Shown here: positions 55,021 through 64,000 of the stretch, in pieces
How positions within the stretch are numbered: the first letter of the stretch is position 1
Layout: each line of letters begins with the position of its first letter
Made by a program: the position numbers and the translations under genes
Assembly: GCA_041664925.1 (NCBI GenBank)
Contig: JBAYJV010000002.1
Location: forward strand, 8,302 to 72,301
DNA length: 64,000 nucleotides
Source of the DNA: Minisyncoccota bacterium
GTDB lineage: Bacteria > Patescibacteriota > Minisyncoccia > JBAYJV01
Reading direction: 5' to 3'
Notes under the pieces: generated by a model
The model's database searches: none
Seen by the model: the letters and a program-made list of their open reading frames with translations, nothing else
What the model was told of the DNA's origin: nothing

Positions 55021-55551
55021 TTATTCAGTGATTGCAAACCCAATCATGGTTGGAGAATATATCTTTCCATAAGAAGCCCTAATAACAATGTAAACAATGT
55101 AACTACCTATGTCCAGACTAGTCACATCCATAGAGAGTTGATATTCTTGGTGAGGCGCGTAGAAAGAGAACGGCAGGTATTCATAACCATAGATAGGGGC
55201 AACAGCTTCATTTTCGCCATTATATCTGAAAATGGCAGCATATGGCTCATTGACGGGGCATTCCCCAGTAGCCAAATCAATTACTTTGAAGTTGATGATG
55301 ATAATTTGTTTGGCGCTAGCTGTGTGTCTTACAGCTGGTAACCCGACCTTTGAACCGAGTCTTGCTCCGCCAGAATAGTCATATTGATTGTTGAATTGGA
55401 CTCCAAAAAAAGGTATGCTAATAAACTGACTGCTGGCTGTTGTCGCTGTTCCTGTCGTAGTCCCTGAAAATTCTTTTGCAAATACACTTGGAACGACGGC
55501 AAAACCGATTGTTAACATTAACACCAAGACCGAAACGACCAATCTTTTCAT
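55021..55551 (-). CDS. Secreted protein (176 aa), unknown function
   Basis: Signal peptide MKRLVVSVLVLMLTIGFAVVPSVFA. GGAGGAG SD. Confidence 0.5.
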   Translation of the reverse strand: MKRLVVSVLVLMLTIGFAVVPSVFAKEFSGTTTGTATTASSQFISIPFFGVQFNNQYDYSGGARLGSKVGLPAVRHTASAKQIIIINFKVIDLATGECPVNEPYAAIFRYNGENEAVAPIYGYEYLPFSFYAPHQEYQLSMDVTSLDIGSYIVYIVIRASYGKIYSPTMIGFAITE

Positions 55552-55783
55552 TTCTCCTCCTTCTGGAGACGAACTTGAAACGAAGCCTCAAGCGCTTCAT
55601 TAATCAGAAATTTTGTTCTTTTTGCGGCGATCACCTCCTCTTATATATTTTAAAAGAACTAAACCATAATTTGATTATAACTCGCCACAAAATCTTTTCA
55701 ATGAAGTTACGATCAATTAAAAAAAATCCCCGTACCATACGATACGGGGTTGTTAGAGGTTTTCCTTTCTCTAACCAAACTGC

Positions 55784-55870
55784 TTAGCAACAGCCGCCTC
55801 CGAAGAGAAACACAATCGCTGCGATCGCTGCTAATACTCCAAGAACGAGACTCCAGTTGATGCAGCACAT
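55784..55870 (-). CDS. Candidate 28-aa hydrophobic peptide MCCINWSLVLGVLAAIAAIVFLFGGGCC
   Basis: ATG 8 nt after GAGGAGGTG, and 22 nt downstream of the stop of the preceding Cys-rich secreted protein. Below ORF-track cutoff. CC at both ends. Confidence 0.3.
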   Translation of the reverse strand: MCCINWSLVLGVLAAIAAIVFLFGGGCC

Positions 55871-55892
55871 AGTTCTGCTCACCTCCTCAGAC

Positions 55893-56426
55893 TTAAGGAT
55901 TACAGCAACAGAAACAGCATCGCTGGCAACAATCCTTAGAGAAAAGAGAGAACGACTCAATGGCTACAAACCCGCAACGGGGGTAACCAAGGAAGTTCCA
56001 AGAACCGAGAGTCTCATATTGTCCAGCAATTCCGAAGAGTCGCGTTGTCGACAGAATCAGGGTGACCGTCTGGTACCCCAGATGGAATGTTCCCTGCCCA
56101 TCATTGTATCTTGACGGGACAGGAATAAGGAAGTCGCCGTTTCTTTGGATCTGCCTCCAAGAAATCAGCTGATTTCCATCAAGAATGATATACCAATATG
56201 CCTGTTCGCAGAGACCGAGTCCTCTTACGGTGAGAGTGAAGGTGCCTGTCTCGCAAGGACCTTTCGTGATCGTTGCGTCAAGGCAACTTCTCCAACATCC
56301 CTGATTGGCTTGATCCTGAAGAGTAAAGTCTCCGATCTGGACCGAGCCAGCCCAAGTCACTGCTGTCAGTACGAGTACCAAAGCGAGTGACACCACCAAA
56401 CCTCTTCGCAGTCTTTTCATATGCAT
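55893..56426 (-). CDS. Secreted Cys-rich protein (177 aa) ending ...DCCQRCCFCCCNP
   Basis: Signal peptide MHMKRLRRGLVVSLALVLVLTAVTWA. SD AAGGAGGG. Confidence 0.5.
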   Translation of the reverse strand: MHMKRLRRGLVVSLALVLVLTAVTWAGSVQIGDFTLQDQANQGCWRSCLDATITKGPCETGTFTLTVRGLGLCEQAYWYIILDGNQLISWRQIQRNGDFLIPVPSRYNDGQGTFHLGYQTVTLILSTTRLFGIAGQYETLGSWNFLGYPRCGFVAIESFSLFSKDCCQRCCFCCCNP

Positions 56427-56594
56427 CCCTCCTTAGGATGACCTAACTACCTAAATCCTACCAGATTGTATTGATGATGTCAATATTTTTACCATTTTTC
56501 TTGACAAAAGTAAAAAACAGGAGTATGATGTTGGTAGTTCTATAAAAAGATAGGTCTTGTTTCACTCGGCAAAAAAGCTAACAAAGGAGGAAGC

Positions 56595-57401
56595 ATGAAG
56601 AAAGCGTTAGTAGCTGGACTTGGTTTGTGTATGGTGCTGTTTGCTGTCGCTTGCGTAGGATTTACAGCAGATGGCGCTACTCAAATTGGCGCATCTCTGT
56701 GGTCTGGGCTTGAGGTCGAGAATGCGGGTAATATTGGCGGATATATTGGGGGTCAAGCCAATGTTGTCGTCGCCAATCATTTGGCTTTTGACGCTCAAGT
56801 TGAAGAAACATTCTACAGCACTACTGATCTGTCTGCGATTTTCGGACTAAGAGGCGTTTTTGCCGATTGGTCAATGGGTGTTGGAGGAGGATTTAATGCC
56901 TATGACCTAGAAGGCAATAGTCCATATTGTTTAGGAAAAGCGGATATCTGGGCATCTACTTATGCGCCCGGTTTCTTTGCTAAGCTCTATATTGACGGGA
57001 TTCCGCGTACTGAGTATGGCAAGGTCAGTATTGCTTTAGACTGGCGAAATAAGCCAGTTGGGTTTGCTGGATCATACTTTTTCAGCAATAACCCTGGCGG
57101 AATCTATAATGAAACAAGAGGCGACCTGTCAGCTTCACTCTTCTATCCGTGCAGTATTTGTATAAAGAGCGAATACGACTGTGATTTTCGCCTTTTTGCA
57201 GGAGCGCGCTACGCGAATTTCGATAACCTCAATATTGGCAATCCATATTGGAGTCATACCTACGGGTGGTTGGCAGGATTGCGCTTGATTGCCTTTAATA
57301 TCACGCTTAAAGCTGAATTACAAGGCAATTACAAAACCGATCCTTGGGTGAATAATAACTTTGCGCTCAAGTTTGTCTTGAACAGCAGTATTTCTTTCTA
57401 G
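56595..57401 (+). CDS. Secreted beta-strand-rich protein with C-terminal Phe (outer-membrane-beta-barrel-like)
   Basis: Signal/lipobox-like MKKALVAGLGLCMVLFAVAC. Alternating hydrophobic pattern. Terminal ...NSSISF. AAAGGAGGAAGC SD. Confidence 0.45.
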   Translation: MKKALVAGLGLCMVLFAVACVGFTADGATQIGASLWSGLEVENAGNIGGYIGGQANVVVANHLAFDAQVEETFYSTTDLSAIFGLRGVFADWSMGVGGGFNAYDLEGNSPYCLGKADIWASTYAPGFFAKLYIDGIPRTEYGKVSIALDWRNKPVGFAGSYFFSNNPGGIYNETRGDLSASLFYPCSICIKSEYDCDFRLFAGARYANFDNLNIGNPYWSHTYGWLAGLRLIAFNITLKAELQGNYKTDPWVNNNFALKFVLNSSISF

Positions 57402-57573
57402 AAACACAAAGCGGCTCTCAGTGAGCCGCTCTTTTTTAATTGATTTTCGTCCCTGAAATTATGAAGGGAAACGAAAATCAAACCCTGAGGTCAATTTATT
57501 GTACTTCGGGGTTGATTGTGTTCCTGAGTTTGCCGAGCGGGGTTACTTACCTATTTTTACTATTTTCAAAATC

Positions 57574-57795
57574 TTATATTTTAATTTCTAAATATTTTTC
57601 TTTCTTTGTTTCGCCTGATTTAATTGTGATAGCGGATTTGGAAATATGAAAATAATCAGCCAAAAATTCTATGAGTTTTTTGTTGGCTTTTCCTTTTTCA
57701 GGATTTGCGGCAATTTTAACACGCATAAAATTAGCCGTATGCTCAACGATTTCATTTTTTGCTGAATTGGGAGTAACTTTGACTTTAAAAAGCAT
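57574..57795 (-). CDS. DUF167/YggU (UPF0235) family protein
   Basis: MLFKVKVTPNSAKNEIVEH...RVKIAANPEKGKANKKLIEFLADYFHISKSAITIKSGETKKEKYLEI matches the DUF167 consensus. Confidence 0.6.
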   Translation of the reverse strand: MLFKVKVTPNSAKNEIVEHTANFMRVKIAANPEKGKANKKLIEFLADYFHISKSAITIKSGETKKEKYLEIKI

Positions 57796-58009
57796 GGACT
57801 TAGCTCAAAGCTTAAAGCTTAAAGCGCAAAAACACAGTTCAAAACTAAAAATTAAATAACCCTTGAATCTTAGATTTTTGTTTTAACACTTGAGTCTTGA
57901 GCTTAAATTAAATTACATTACATTACAATAAAAACCTAAAACTGAAACAGTTTTAAGTTTTGAACTGCAACTTTTAACTTTTAATTTTAAACTTTTAATT
58001 TATCTGAGA

Positions 58010-58351
58010 TCAGATATAATACTGTTTCAAATGTTCTTTTGTTTTTTGAATCGTTGTCGCTCTTGTTGTTGTCCAGCGCAAAGTTCTTGAAAGTTTTTTA
58101 TCACCCAAGACAAGATTTATCCACCTAGCAAAATCATTTTTCTTTGAATTAACATGGCTTCTAAAGGTCAAGTCATCCATAGTTTCAAGCGCTTTTATAA
58201 AATCTCTGATGTTATATAATTTTCTTTTGTCAGAAGTCCAGAAAACTTTTCCTTCAGGAGAATTGGCTAAAATTTTCTTTATATTTAATTTTGCTCGTTT
58301 TGTTTTTAACATATTTTTAATAACATCTATTACATTTATAGATTTTATCAA
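58010..58351 (-). CDS. Hypothetical protein (113 aa)
   Basis: ORF only. Low-GC native-like composition. Confidence 0.4.
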   Translation of the reverse strand: MIKSINVIDVIKNMLKTKRAKLNIKKILANSPEGKVFWTSDKRKLYNIRDFIKALETMDDLTFRSHVNSKKNDFARWINLVLGDKKLSRTLRWTTTRATTIQKTKEHLKQYYI

Positions 58352-58398
58352 AAAGTGGAGGTAGTAGCAATCTAATTATCCACACGCAATAGAAATAA

Positions 58399-58701
58399 TT
58401 ATTTAATGGCAGAAAATCTTTCTTTTATTCTCTGTTCTTCTTCCTTAAGCCAGTCATTTTCGTTGCTATATTCGCCAGAATGGGCAGTATTTCCTCCGTA
58501 AGATGGCGCCTTCACATCGAGATGGATAGTAATGAAATTATTATCTTTTTCAAAATAAACGTGAAATTTAGGATAATCAGCGCCTGATAAACGGCGGGAA
58601 AAACTCAAAATGCCTAATTTTCTTTGCCTGTCGGGATGATAACCCAATTCTCTGAAAAGAAGCGTAAAGTTTGAAGGACGATTATTGAAGAATATTCTCA
58701 T
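58399..58701 (-). CDS. Hypothetical protein (100 aa)
   Basis: ORF only. Abuts the downstream gene. Confidence 0.4.
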   Translation of the reverse strand: MRIFFNNRPSNFTLLFRELGYHPDRQRKLGILSFSRRLSGADYPKFHVYFEKDNNFITIHLDVKAPSYGGNTAHSGEYSNENDWLKEEEQRIKERFSAIK

Positions 58702-59859
58702 TTATGTAATCAGACTAACTAAGTAATATCCGCCTAAAATAAGAAGAATTATGCCTTCGATCAGAGTAATCATTTTTGTCGCTTTTCCAGACGACAGCCA
58801 AAGCTTCATTGTAAAGAAAGCAATCAAAAAGACAATAATTTCGTCTAGCAGATACATCACTAAATAAATAGCGATATAAAGGAAGTATTGAAAACCGCCG
58901 ATATTCGCTTGCGCAAGGACACCAGAGAATACCAGAGGGACTGCAGCAGAGCAGGGGAATTCAATGACCGTAACAAGTCCAGCAAAGATAAGGACGCTGC
59001 CAGCAACAAGTAGAATATTTCTAGTATTATTAAAGGTATTTCCTAATTTCTGGGTAAGTTTATTGATAGTCTTATTTTCGTTAGCTTCGCACAAAACTCC
59101 TTGCTTTCTAAATTTAATAAATTGCTTAAAGAAATACCAGGCGCCGACAAAAGAAATTACCACGACTATAATCTGCATCAAAAACATATAAGAAGAAAGC
59201 AACGAAAATAGCTGATACCAAACACCCATCAATGCTCCATAAACAAGAGCTGTCGTTAAAAGAAAAATACTGCCAAAAATCAGCGTTTTTTTGCGTGAAC
59301 GAAAAGCTAAAACCAATCCTAAAATAAAAACCAAGGCTCCCAAAGAACAAACATTGAAACCGTCAAGGAATCCCAAAACAACTGCTAATGCTGGTATGGA
59401 ATATTTTGACGTATCTATGTTGCCTAAAATAGGAAGATTAATTTTATCTTTGTTTATTGGAGGAGTGGTAGTTGCATCATTTAAAATAGCATTTTTTATA
59501 GCTGATTCGATTTTGCTCCCCATGCCTTGATCATTATCAAAGCCGAGAAAAAATTCATCTTGAACAAAAGTTAAAGGCACGAGCCCCAAATATCTTTCTG
59601 CGCTAATTTTATCGAGAAGCGACTTGAGTAATTCTTGTTTTGATTGATCGGTATTTAGATAACGCAAAATTTCAAGGTCTGGGTATTTCACCTCCATTTT
59701 ATCTAAAAACTTCTCTTCGGCAGCGCAATGAGGACAAGTTTTTGAGTAAAAAAAGAAAAGCTGAGTCTTTTCTTTGACCTCTTGAGCCAAAATTGGCTTA
59801 GAAAAAACAAAGCCTAATCCAATAATTAAGAACAGTAAAAAAAATACAATCTTTTTCAT
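58702..59859 (-). CDS. Thioredoxin-fold / CcdA-DsbD-like transmembrane thiol:disulfide oxidoreductase fusion
   Basis: N-terminal signal + thioredoxin CPHC motif (FFFYSKTCPHCAAEEKFL). C-terminal 6-TM domain with the two conserved Cys (FNVCSLGAL, EFPCSAAVP) as in CcdA/DsbD. Confidence 0.7.
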   Translation of the reverse strand: MKKIVFFLLFLIIGLGFVFSKPILAQEVKEKTQLFFFYSKTCPHCAAEEKFLDKMEVKYPDLEILRYLNTDQSKQELLKSLLDKISAERYLGLVPLTFVQDEFFLGFDNDQGMGSKIESAIKNAILNDATTTPPINKDKINLPILGNIDTSKYSIPALAVVLGFLDGFNVCSLGALVFILGLVLAFRSRKKTLIFGSIFLLTTALVYGALMGVWYQLFSLLSSYMFLMQIIVVVISFVGAWYFFKQFIKFRKQGVLCEANENKTINKLTQKLGNTFNNTRNILLVAGSVLIFAGLVTVIEFPCSAAVPLVFSGVLAQANIGGFQYFLYIAIYLVMYLLDEIIVFLIAFFTMKLWLSSGKATKMITLIEGIILLILGGYYLVSLIT

Positions 59860-59945
59860 AAATTTATACTAAAAATTGTAGCAAAACAATGCCTATTTTG
59901 CAATACAAAAGACGGAATTTTTTTATTCCATCTTTAATGGGGGGA

Positions 59946-60581
59946 TTATTCAATTATTTCTTTTGGTTCTAAGATTTTCGTTGTTTGCGAATAAAGAATG
60001 TATTTTGAACTTCCGTCATCGGAAACAACAGTTATAGAAGCATCATCTTTTTGAGTGATTTTTCCAAAAATTGTTTCCATTTGACCAGATAGTCTTTGAC
60101 GACCCTGATCTCTTGCTGTTCTCATTTTTTCTAACTCTTCTGGTGAGAGATCTTGAAAACCTTGAGGAGGATTTCCTCTGAACCTGTTTTCTTGCTTAGT
60201 AGTATTTCCATCGGGCGAGCTGGCAGTATTTGGATTTTGACCAGGTTCTCCTCCCATAAATTGACCTGGTTGGTTCTTAAAATCTTCTTGAGTCATACCA
60301 AGCACAATTCTTTCAGATGAAATTACACCATTACTATCTTTTAAACCAAACACCATCACAGATTCTCCTACAATTAAATCATTCGGAGTTGTTGTTGAAA
60401 AATTTTCATCAAATCCTGACTGTATATTGCTTTGAACTTGAGTAAGCCTTGCCTCAGATTGATTTTCTACGGTGTCATTTTTTTTAGATAGGACAAAGAT
60501 AAGAATAATGACAGATATTATAATAAAAACGATAATAATAAGAATCGGTAATGGATTTTTTGAAAGAAGATTATTTTTCAT
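59946..60581 (-). CDS. Membrane-anchored Gly/Gln/Pro-rich protein, unknown; first gene downstream of efflux operon
   Basis: N-terminal TM PLPILIIIVFIIISVIILIFVL. Confidence 0.45.
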   Translation of the reverse strand: MKNNLLSKNPLPILIIIVFIIISVIILIFVLSKKNDTVENQSEARLTQVQSNIQSGFDENFSTTTPNDLIVGESVMVFGLKDSNGVISSERIVLGMTQEDFKNQPGQFMGGEPGQNPNTASSPDGNTTKQENRFRGNPPQGFQDLSPEELEKMRTARDQGRQRLSGQMETIFGKITQKDDASITVVSDDGSSKYILYSQTTKILEPKEIIE

Positions 60582-60598
60582 TTTACTTTTTACAATTA

Positions 60599-61825
60599 TT
60601 ATTCGTATCTCAAAGCTTCGATGGGATTAAGTTTGGCGGCTCGTCTGGCTGGATAATAACCAAACACAATACCAATAAGACCGGACACACCAGCAGCCAA
60701 CAAAATAGAAAATAACGAAACTTGAGTAGCAAGAGATCCTAGTTTTGTAATTAAGAAAGCGGTGAGACAACCAATAATTATACCGACAATACCACCCAAT
60801 GAAGTCAGAACAGTTGCTTCGGTTAAGAATTGAGTGCTAATGTCTTTATTTTTTGCTCCTAAGGATTTTCGTAAGCCGATTTCTCTGGTTCTTTCTGTAA
60901 CCGTTGTCAACATCATATTCATAATGCCGATTCCGCCAACGACCAGAGAAATGCCCGCGATTGCACCTAAAAGCAAAGTGAGTGTTCCTGAAACTGACGA
61001 CATTGTGCCTAAAATATCTGCTTGATTCATAATCGAAAAATCAGCACTTGCGGCATCGGAAATATTATGCCTTTTTAATAATAAATCAGAAATTTCCTGT
61101 TGCACTTGGTCCATCAATTTTTCTTGAGTTACTTCAATATTTATCATACTCACCGATTCACTTCCCGTAATATATCTTTGAGCAGTTGTAAGAGGAATAT
61201 AGATCAAATCATCTGAATTATTCATACCGCTTCCTCCTTTTGTCACCGTTACGCCAATAACGGTAAATTCCTGGCTATTAATACGAATTTTTTGTCCAAT
61301 TGGATCTGAATTTTCTCCAAACAAATCATCGCGAGTAGTCGGTCCAATAACTGCCACTTTCGATAAATTATTAATATTTAAATCAGTTAAAAGTTCTCCT
61401 AACTCAGCTGTTATATTCTTTACGGAGAAATAATTTGGCATAACGCCGTATATGCTTGTATTTGTGTTCGTGCCATTCTTGCTGGTTACCTGTTTTCTTG
61501 ACGAAACAACGGGAGCGATAGTTTTGATTGAATCAATTTCTTGTTCAATTGCCTCTGAATCATCAATTGTCAACGAAGTCGCTGACCCCATACCGCCTCT
61601 TACTTGTGAACCAACGCCCTTTGATGATCCTGGCATAACAATTAATAAATTTGATCCTAAGGCCTGAATATTTGATTGAATATTGCTCGTTGCTCCTTGT
61701 CCAATAGAAATCATAGCTATTACTGATGCAATACCAATAACAATACCCAGAATTGTCAATCCTGATCTGGATTTATTGGATATTAAAGCTGAGTATGTTT
61801 CTTGGAGTAAATCTGATGTTCTCAT
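60599..61825 (-). CDS. ABC transporter permease, MacB/FtsX-like
   Basis: N-terminal TM, large periplasmic domain, C-terminal FtsX 3-TM bundle (...RTREIGLRKSLGA...). Confidence 0.8.
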   Translation of the reverse strand: MRTSDLLQETYSALISNKSRSGLTILGIVIGIASVIAMISIGQGATSNIQSNIQALGSNLLIVMPGSSKGVGSQVRGGMGSATSLTIDDSEAIEQEIDSIKTIAPVVSSRKQVTSKNGTNTNTSIYGVMPNYFSVKNITAELGELLTDLNINNLSKVAVIGPTTRDDLFGENSDPIGQKIRINSQEFTVIGVTVTKGGSGMNNSDDLIYIPLTTAQRYITGSESVSMINIEVTQEKLMDQVQQEISDLLLKRHNISDAASADFSIMNQADILGTMSSVSGTLTLLLGAIAGISLVVGGIGIMNMMLTTVTERTREIGLRKSLGAKNKDISTQFLTEATVLTSLGGIVGIIIGCLTAFLITKLGSLATQVSLFSILLAAGVSGLIGIVFGYYPARRAAKLNPIEALRYE

Positions 61826-62541
61826 GATAATTTATCAATAGCGCTGACAATTTTTCTTTTGTTTTTTTCATCTGAAACGATTTTGCCGTCTCTTATTTCA
61901 ATAATTCTGTCTGCGTGTTCAGCAACATAGCGTTCGTGAGTGATAAGAATAATGGTATGACCTTGATTATCATTTAGATTTTGAAATGTTGCCAAAACCA
62001 CCTCTCCTGTTTTACTGTCTAAATTTCCAGTTGGCTCGTCCGCTAAAATTAGATCTGGTTCATTAACAAGCGCTCTTGCAATAGCAACGCGTTGCATCTG
62101 ACCTCCAGATAATTGATTTGAAAGATGATGCCACCTTTCCTTATTCAACCCTGCAGCAATTAAGGCTTGCTTTGCTCTATCTTCTCTTTCTTCAGGCGCA
62201 GTTTTTCTATCATAAATTAATGGCAGAATAACGTTTCTGATGACGCTAGTGCGGGGCAATAAATTGAATGATTGAAAAACAAATCCAATATCATGAGCTC
62301 TAATTTCAGCCAAGTCATTATTAGAAAGATTTAGCATATCTTTCCCGTTCAAGTAATATGTCCCGCTCGAAGGTCGATCAAGCGCTCCTAAGATATGCAT
62401 TAAAGTTGATTTTCCTGAGCCGGATGGTCCCATGATAGCCACGAACTCGCCTTTTTCTATTTTAAAGGAAGCGTCATTTAGCGCGTAAGTTTCTGTATCG
62501 CCAGTTTTATAAATTTTAGTTAAATGTTCACACTTAATCAT
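61822..62541 (-). CDS. ABC transporter ATP-binding protein (MacB/LolD-like)
   Basis: GPSGSGKSTL Walker A, LSGGQMQRVAIARAL, ILADEPTGNLD. Confidence 0.85.
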   Translation of the reverse strand: MIKCEHLTKIYKTGDTETYALNDASFKIEKGEFVAIMGPSGSGKSTLMHILGALDRPSSGTYYLNGKDMLNLSNNDLAEIRAHDIGFVFQSFNLLPRTSVIRNVILPLIYDRKTAPEEREDRAKQALIAAGLNKERWHHLSNQLSGGQMQRVAIARALVNEPDLILADEPTGNLDSKTGEVVLATFQNLNDNQGHTIILITHERYVAEHADRIIEIRDGKIVSDEKNKRKIVSAIDKLS

Positions 62542-62542
62542 T

Positions 62543-64000
62543 TTAAAAAATTCTCATTAGTTCACCTGCTCCACCAGGTCCGCCCCTGTCAGTGTTATTA
62601 TTTTTACTTGAAGAGGAGTTTGATGAAGATGAAGATGTGTTACTATTGCTGGTCGAAGCTGAGGTTTTTATTACTACCTTATCATTTTCGCTAATACCGC
62701 TAATTATTTCTGTTTGAGTATCATTACTTATACCAATTTCAACTGTTTTGCGAGTTGGGGCTGTTTGATCTTTTTCCATAATTTCAACATAATAACTACT
62801 TCCTTGGGTCTTAACCGCTGAATTGGAAACCAATAAAACATTTGATTTGTTTTCTGTGATAATACTTACACTTGTACTCATACCCGGTCGGATGTTCTCG
62901 TTGTTCACATCAAGAATAATTTGAACATCATAACTAACAACTCCTTGATTTACCGTTCCAGAGGCATCTATATTTGTGACACTACCCGTAATTGATAAAT
63001 CACTAAGCGCATCAAAAGTAAGGATAGCTTTTTGATTAACCTTAACTTTTGTCACATCAACTTCATTAAGGGTAATAACGGCGATTTTTTGATCAGTCAT
63101 TAGTGTAGCAATAGTTGCTCCTGAGCTTACTTCTTCTCCGAGAGTTGGAACAATATCGGTTATTGTGCCGTCAAATGGCGCGTAAACATAATAATCGGCT
63201 AATTTATCCTTGGCGTTCTGCAGAGCAACTTGTTTTTGTTCCAAAGAAAGCTTTTGTGATCTAATGTCTAATTCATCTGCGCCTGCCTTCAAATCAGCCA
63301 GAGATTCGGTTTTCTCTTCGATAGTTCTTTCGTAATTAATAATTTGTTGTTTCGCGGAAATAATATTATTTTGATTAGAAATCAAAGATGATACATATCC
63401 GCCTACTTTTGAAGAATAAGATGATAAGTCGCTGCGATAAGCGGTAACTGTCGCAAACACAGACATTTCTTTATCAGTGCGATAATCCATCCAATAATCA
63501 AGAGTGTTAATTAAATCCTTAATAGCTTCGGACATTTTTTTAACAGTTTCTACGGTTTTATCCAGTAATACTTGAATTTTTTCATTGTCGGAATAACGAT
63601 TAAGAGCTGTATAATCTACCAAGTTCTGATCATAGCTTTCTCTAATTGTTTTATAACTGTTTTCGGCTCTGGTCACTAAGTTTTCAATCGTAGTACGATC
63701 CTCTGGATTGATAGTATCTATATAGACCGAGTTGTTTTGTTTGGAATCAATAACAGTCAATTCTGCTTGACCAATATCATATCCGTGTAAAACATTATCA
63801 AGTTTTGTTATGACAGAAGGAAGAACCAGAAACGAATCAGAAATATTACCAAAAGTATCCTCGTAAGATTTCTCCAGATTAGTTTCTGAAGTAACCTTAT
63901 TCTCCTTAGCTTGTTCCAAAGAATTTTCTGCCTGTAAAATCGTTAAGTCGTCTGCAGGCGCTATTAATTTATCATAAGAAATTTTGGCGTTTTCTAAGCT
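62543..64000 (-). CDS. HlyD/MacA-family periplasmic adaptor (membrane-fusion) protein, 5' partial (frame stays open to window end)
   Basis: Coiled-coil segment, then beta-barrel/lipoyl-like motifs (YVYAPFDGTITDI). Ser/Asn-rich C-terminal tail. Confidence 0.65.
   Translation of the reverse strand, partial: SLENAKISYDKLIAPADDLTILQAENSLEQAKENKVTSETNLEKSYEDTFGNISDSFLVLPSVITKLDNVLHGYDIGQAELTVIDSKQNNSVYIDTINPEDRTTIENLVTRAENSYKTIRESYDQNLVDYTALNRYSDNEKIQVLLDKTVETVKKMSEAIKDLINTLDYWMDYRTDKEMSVFATVTAYRSDLSSYSSKVGGYVSSLISNQNNIISAKQQIINYERTIEEKTESLADLKAGADELDIRSQKLSLEQKQVALQNAKDKLADYYVYAPFDGTITDIVPTLGEEVSSGATIATLMTDQKIAVITLNEVDVTKVKVNQKAILTFDALSDLSITGSVTNIDASGTVNQGVVSYDVQIILDVNNENIRPGMSTSVSIITENKSNVLLVSNSAVKTQGSSYYVEIMEKDQTAPTRKTVEIGISNDTQTEIISGISENDKVVIKTSASTSNSNTSSSSSNSSSSKNNNTDRGGPGGAGELMRIF

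Overview
The window is low-GC (about one third G+C) with short genes and a fermentative core. That core is a 2-oxoacid:ferredoxin oxidoreductase alpha/beta pair, PduL phosphotransacylase and acetate kinase, together with Obg, RlmN, Xth, inorganic pyrophosphatase and ABC transporters. This is consistent with a reduced Patescibacteria/CPR-like bacterium using the standard genetic code. No rRNA or tRNA genes, CRISPR array, integrase, transposase or reverse transcriptase could be recognised by eye.

On top of this backbone there are seven things worth attention:

1. Dense intergenic repeat families. These are GGAGG-loop-CCTCC palindromic hairpins, MITE-like elements with GTCATYCTGAG terminal inverted repeats, a ~115-bp composite element containing a long 'ACCCCGCACC' hairpin, and low-complexity 'AAAACTCAAAGC' word tracts.

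2. Moron-like gene cassettes, several clearly G+C-elevated. Each has its own terminator and a conserved ~55-nt 5' leader (TAAGAGCTTYTA...GTTCG.CAAGAATCTCTAAGGGAGG-ATG).

3. Three divergent sigma-70 paralogs within 4 kb. They sit next to a 1.8-kb ORF-free region that carries an array of promoter-plus-terminator small-RNA-like units, two perfect DnaA boxes with an AT-rich tract, and a MITE.

4. An ~11-kb cell-surface locus. It holds a 1401-aa vWA/Cys-repeat/SdrD-like giant protein, a RelE/ParE TA pair, a SipW-type signal peptidase and TasA/camelysin-like proteins with SipW-cognate signal peptides, one of which has a Lamin-Tail domain.

5. A ~9-kb island of about 50% G+C. It encodes secreted and lipoproteins (two PKD-domain Cys-rich paralogs), a beta-barrel-like protein ending in Phe, and a candidate 28-aa Cys-Cys peptide.

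6. Two single-gene insertions bracketed by diverged 40-45-bp duplications of the 3' end of the upstream gene.

7. A MacAB/HlyD-like efflux operon next to a thioredoxin-CcdA/DsbD fusion.

All calls are from reading the sequence and the supplied ORF track. No database search was run. Coordinates of RNA and repeat elements are approximate (within a few nt).
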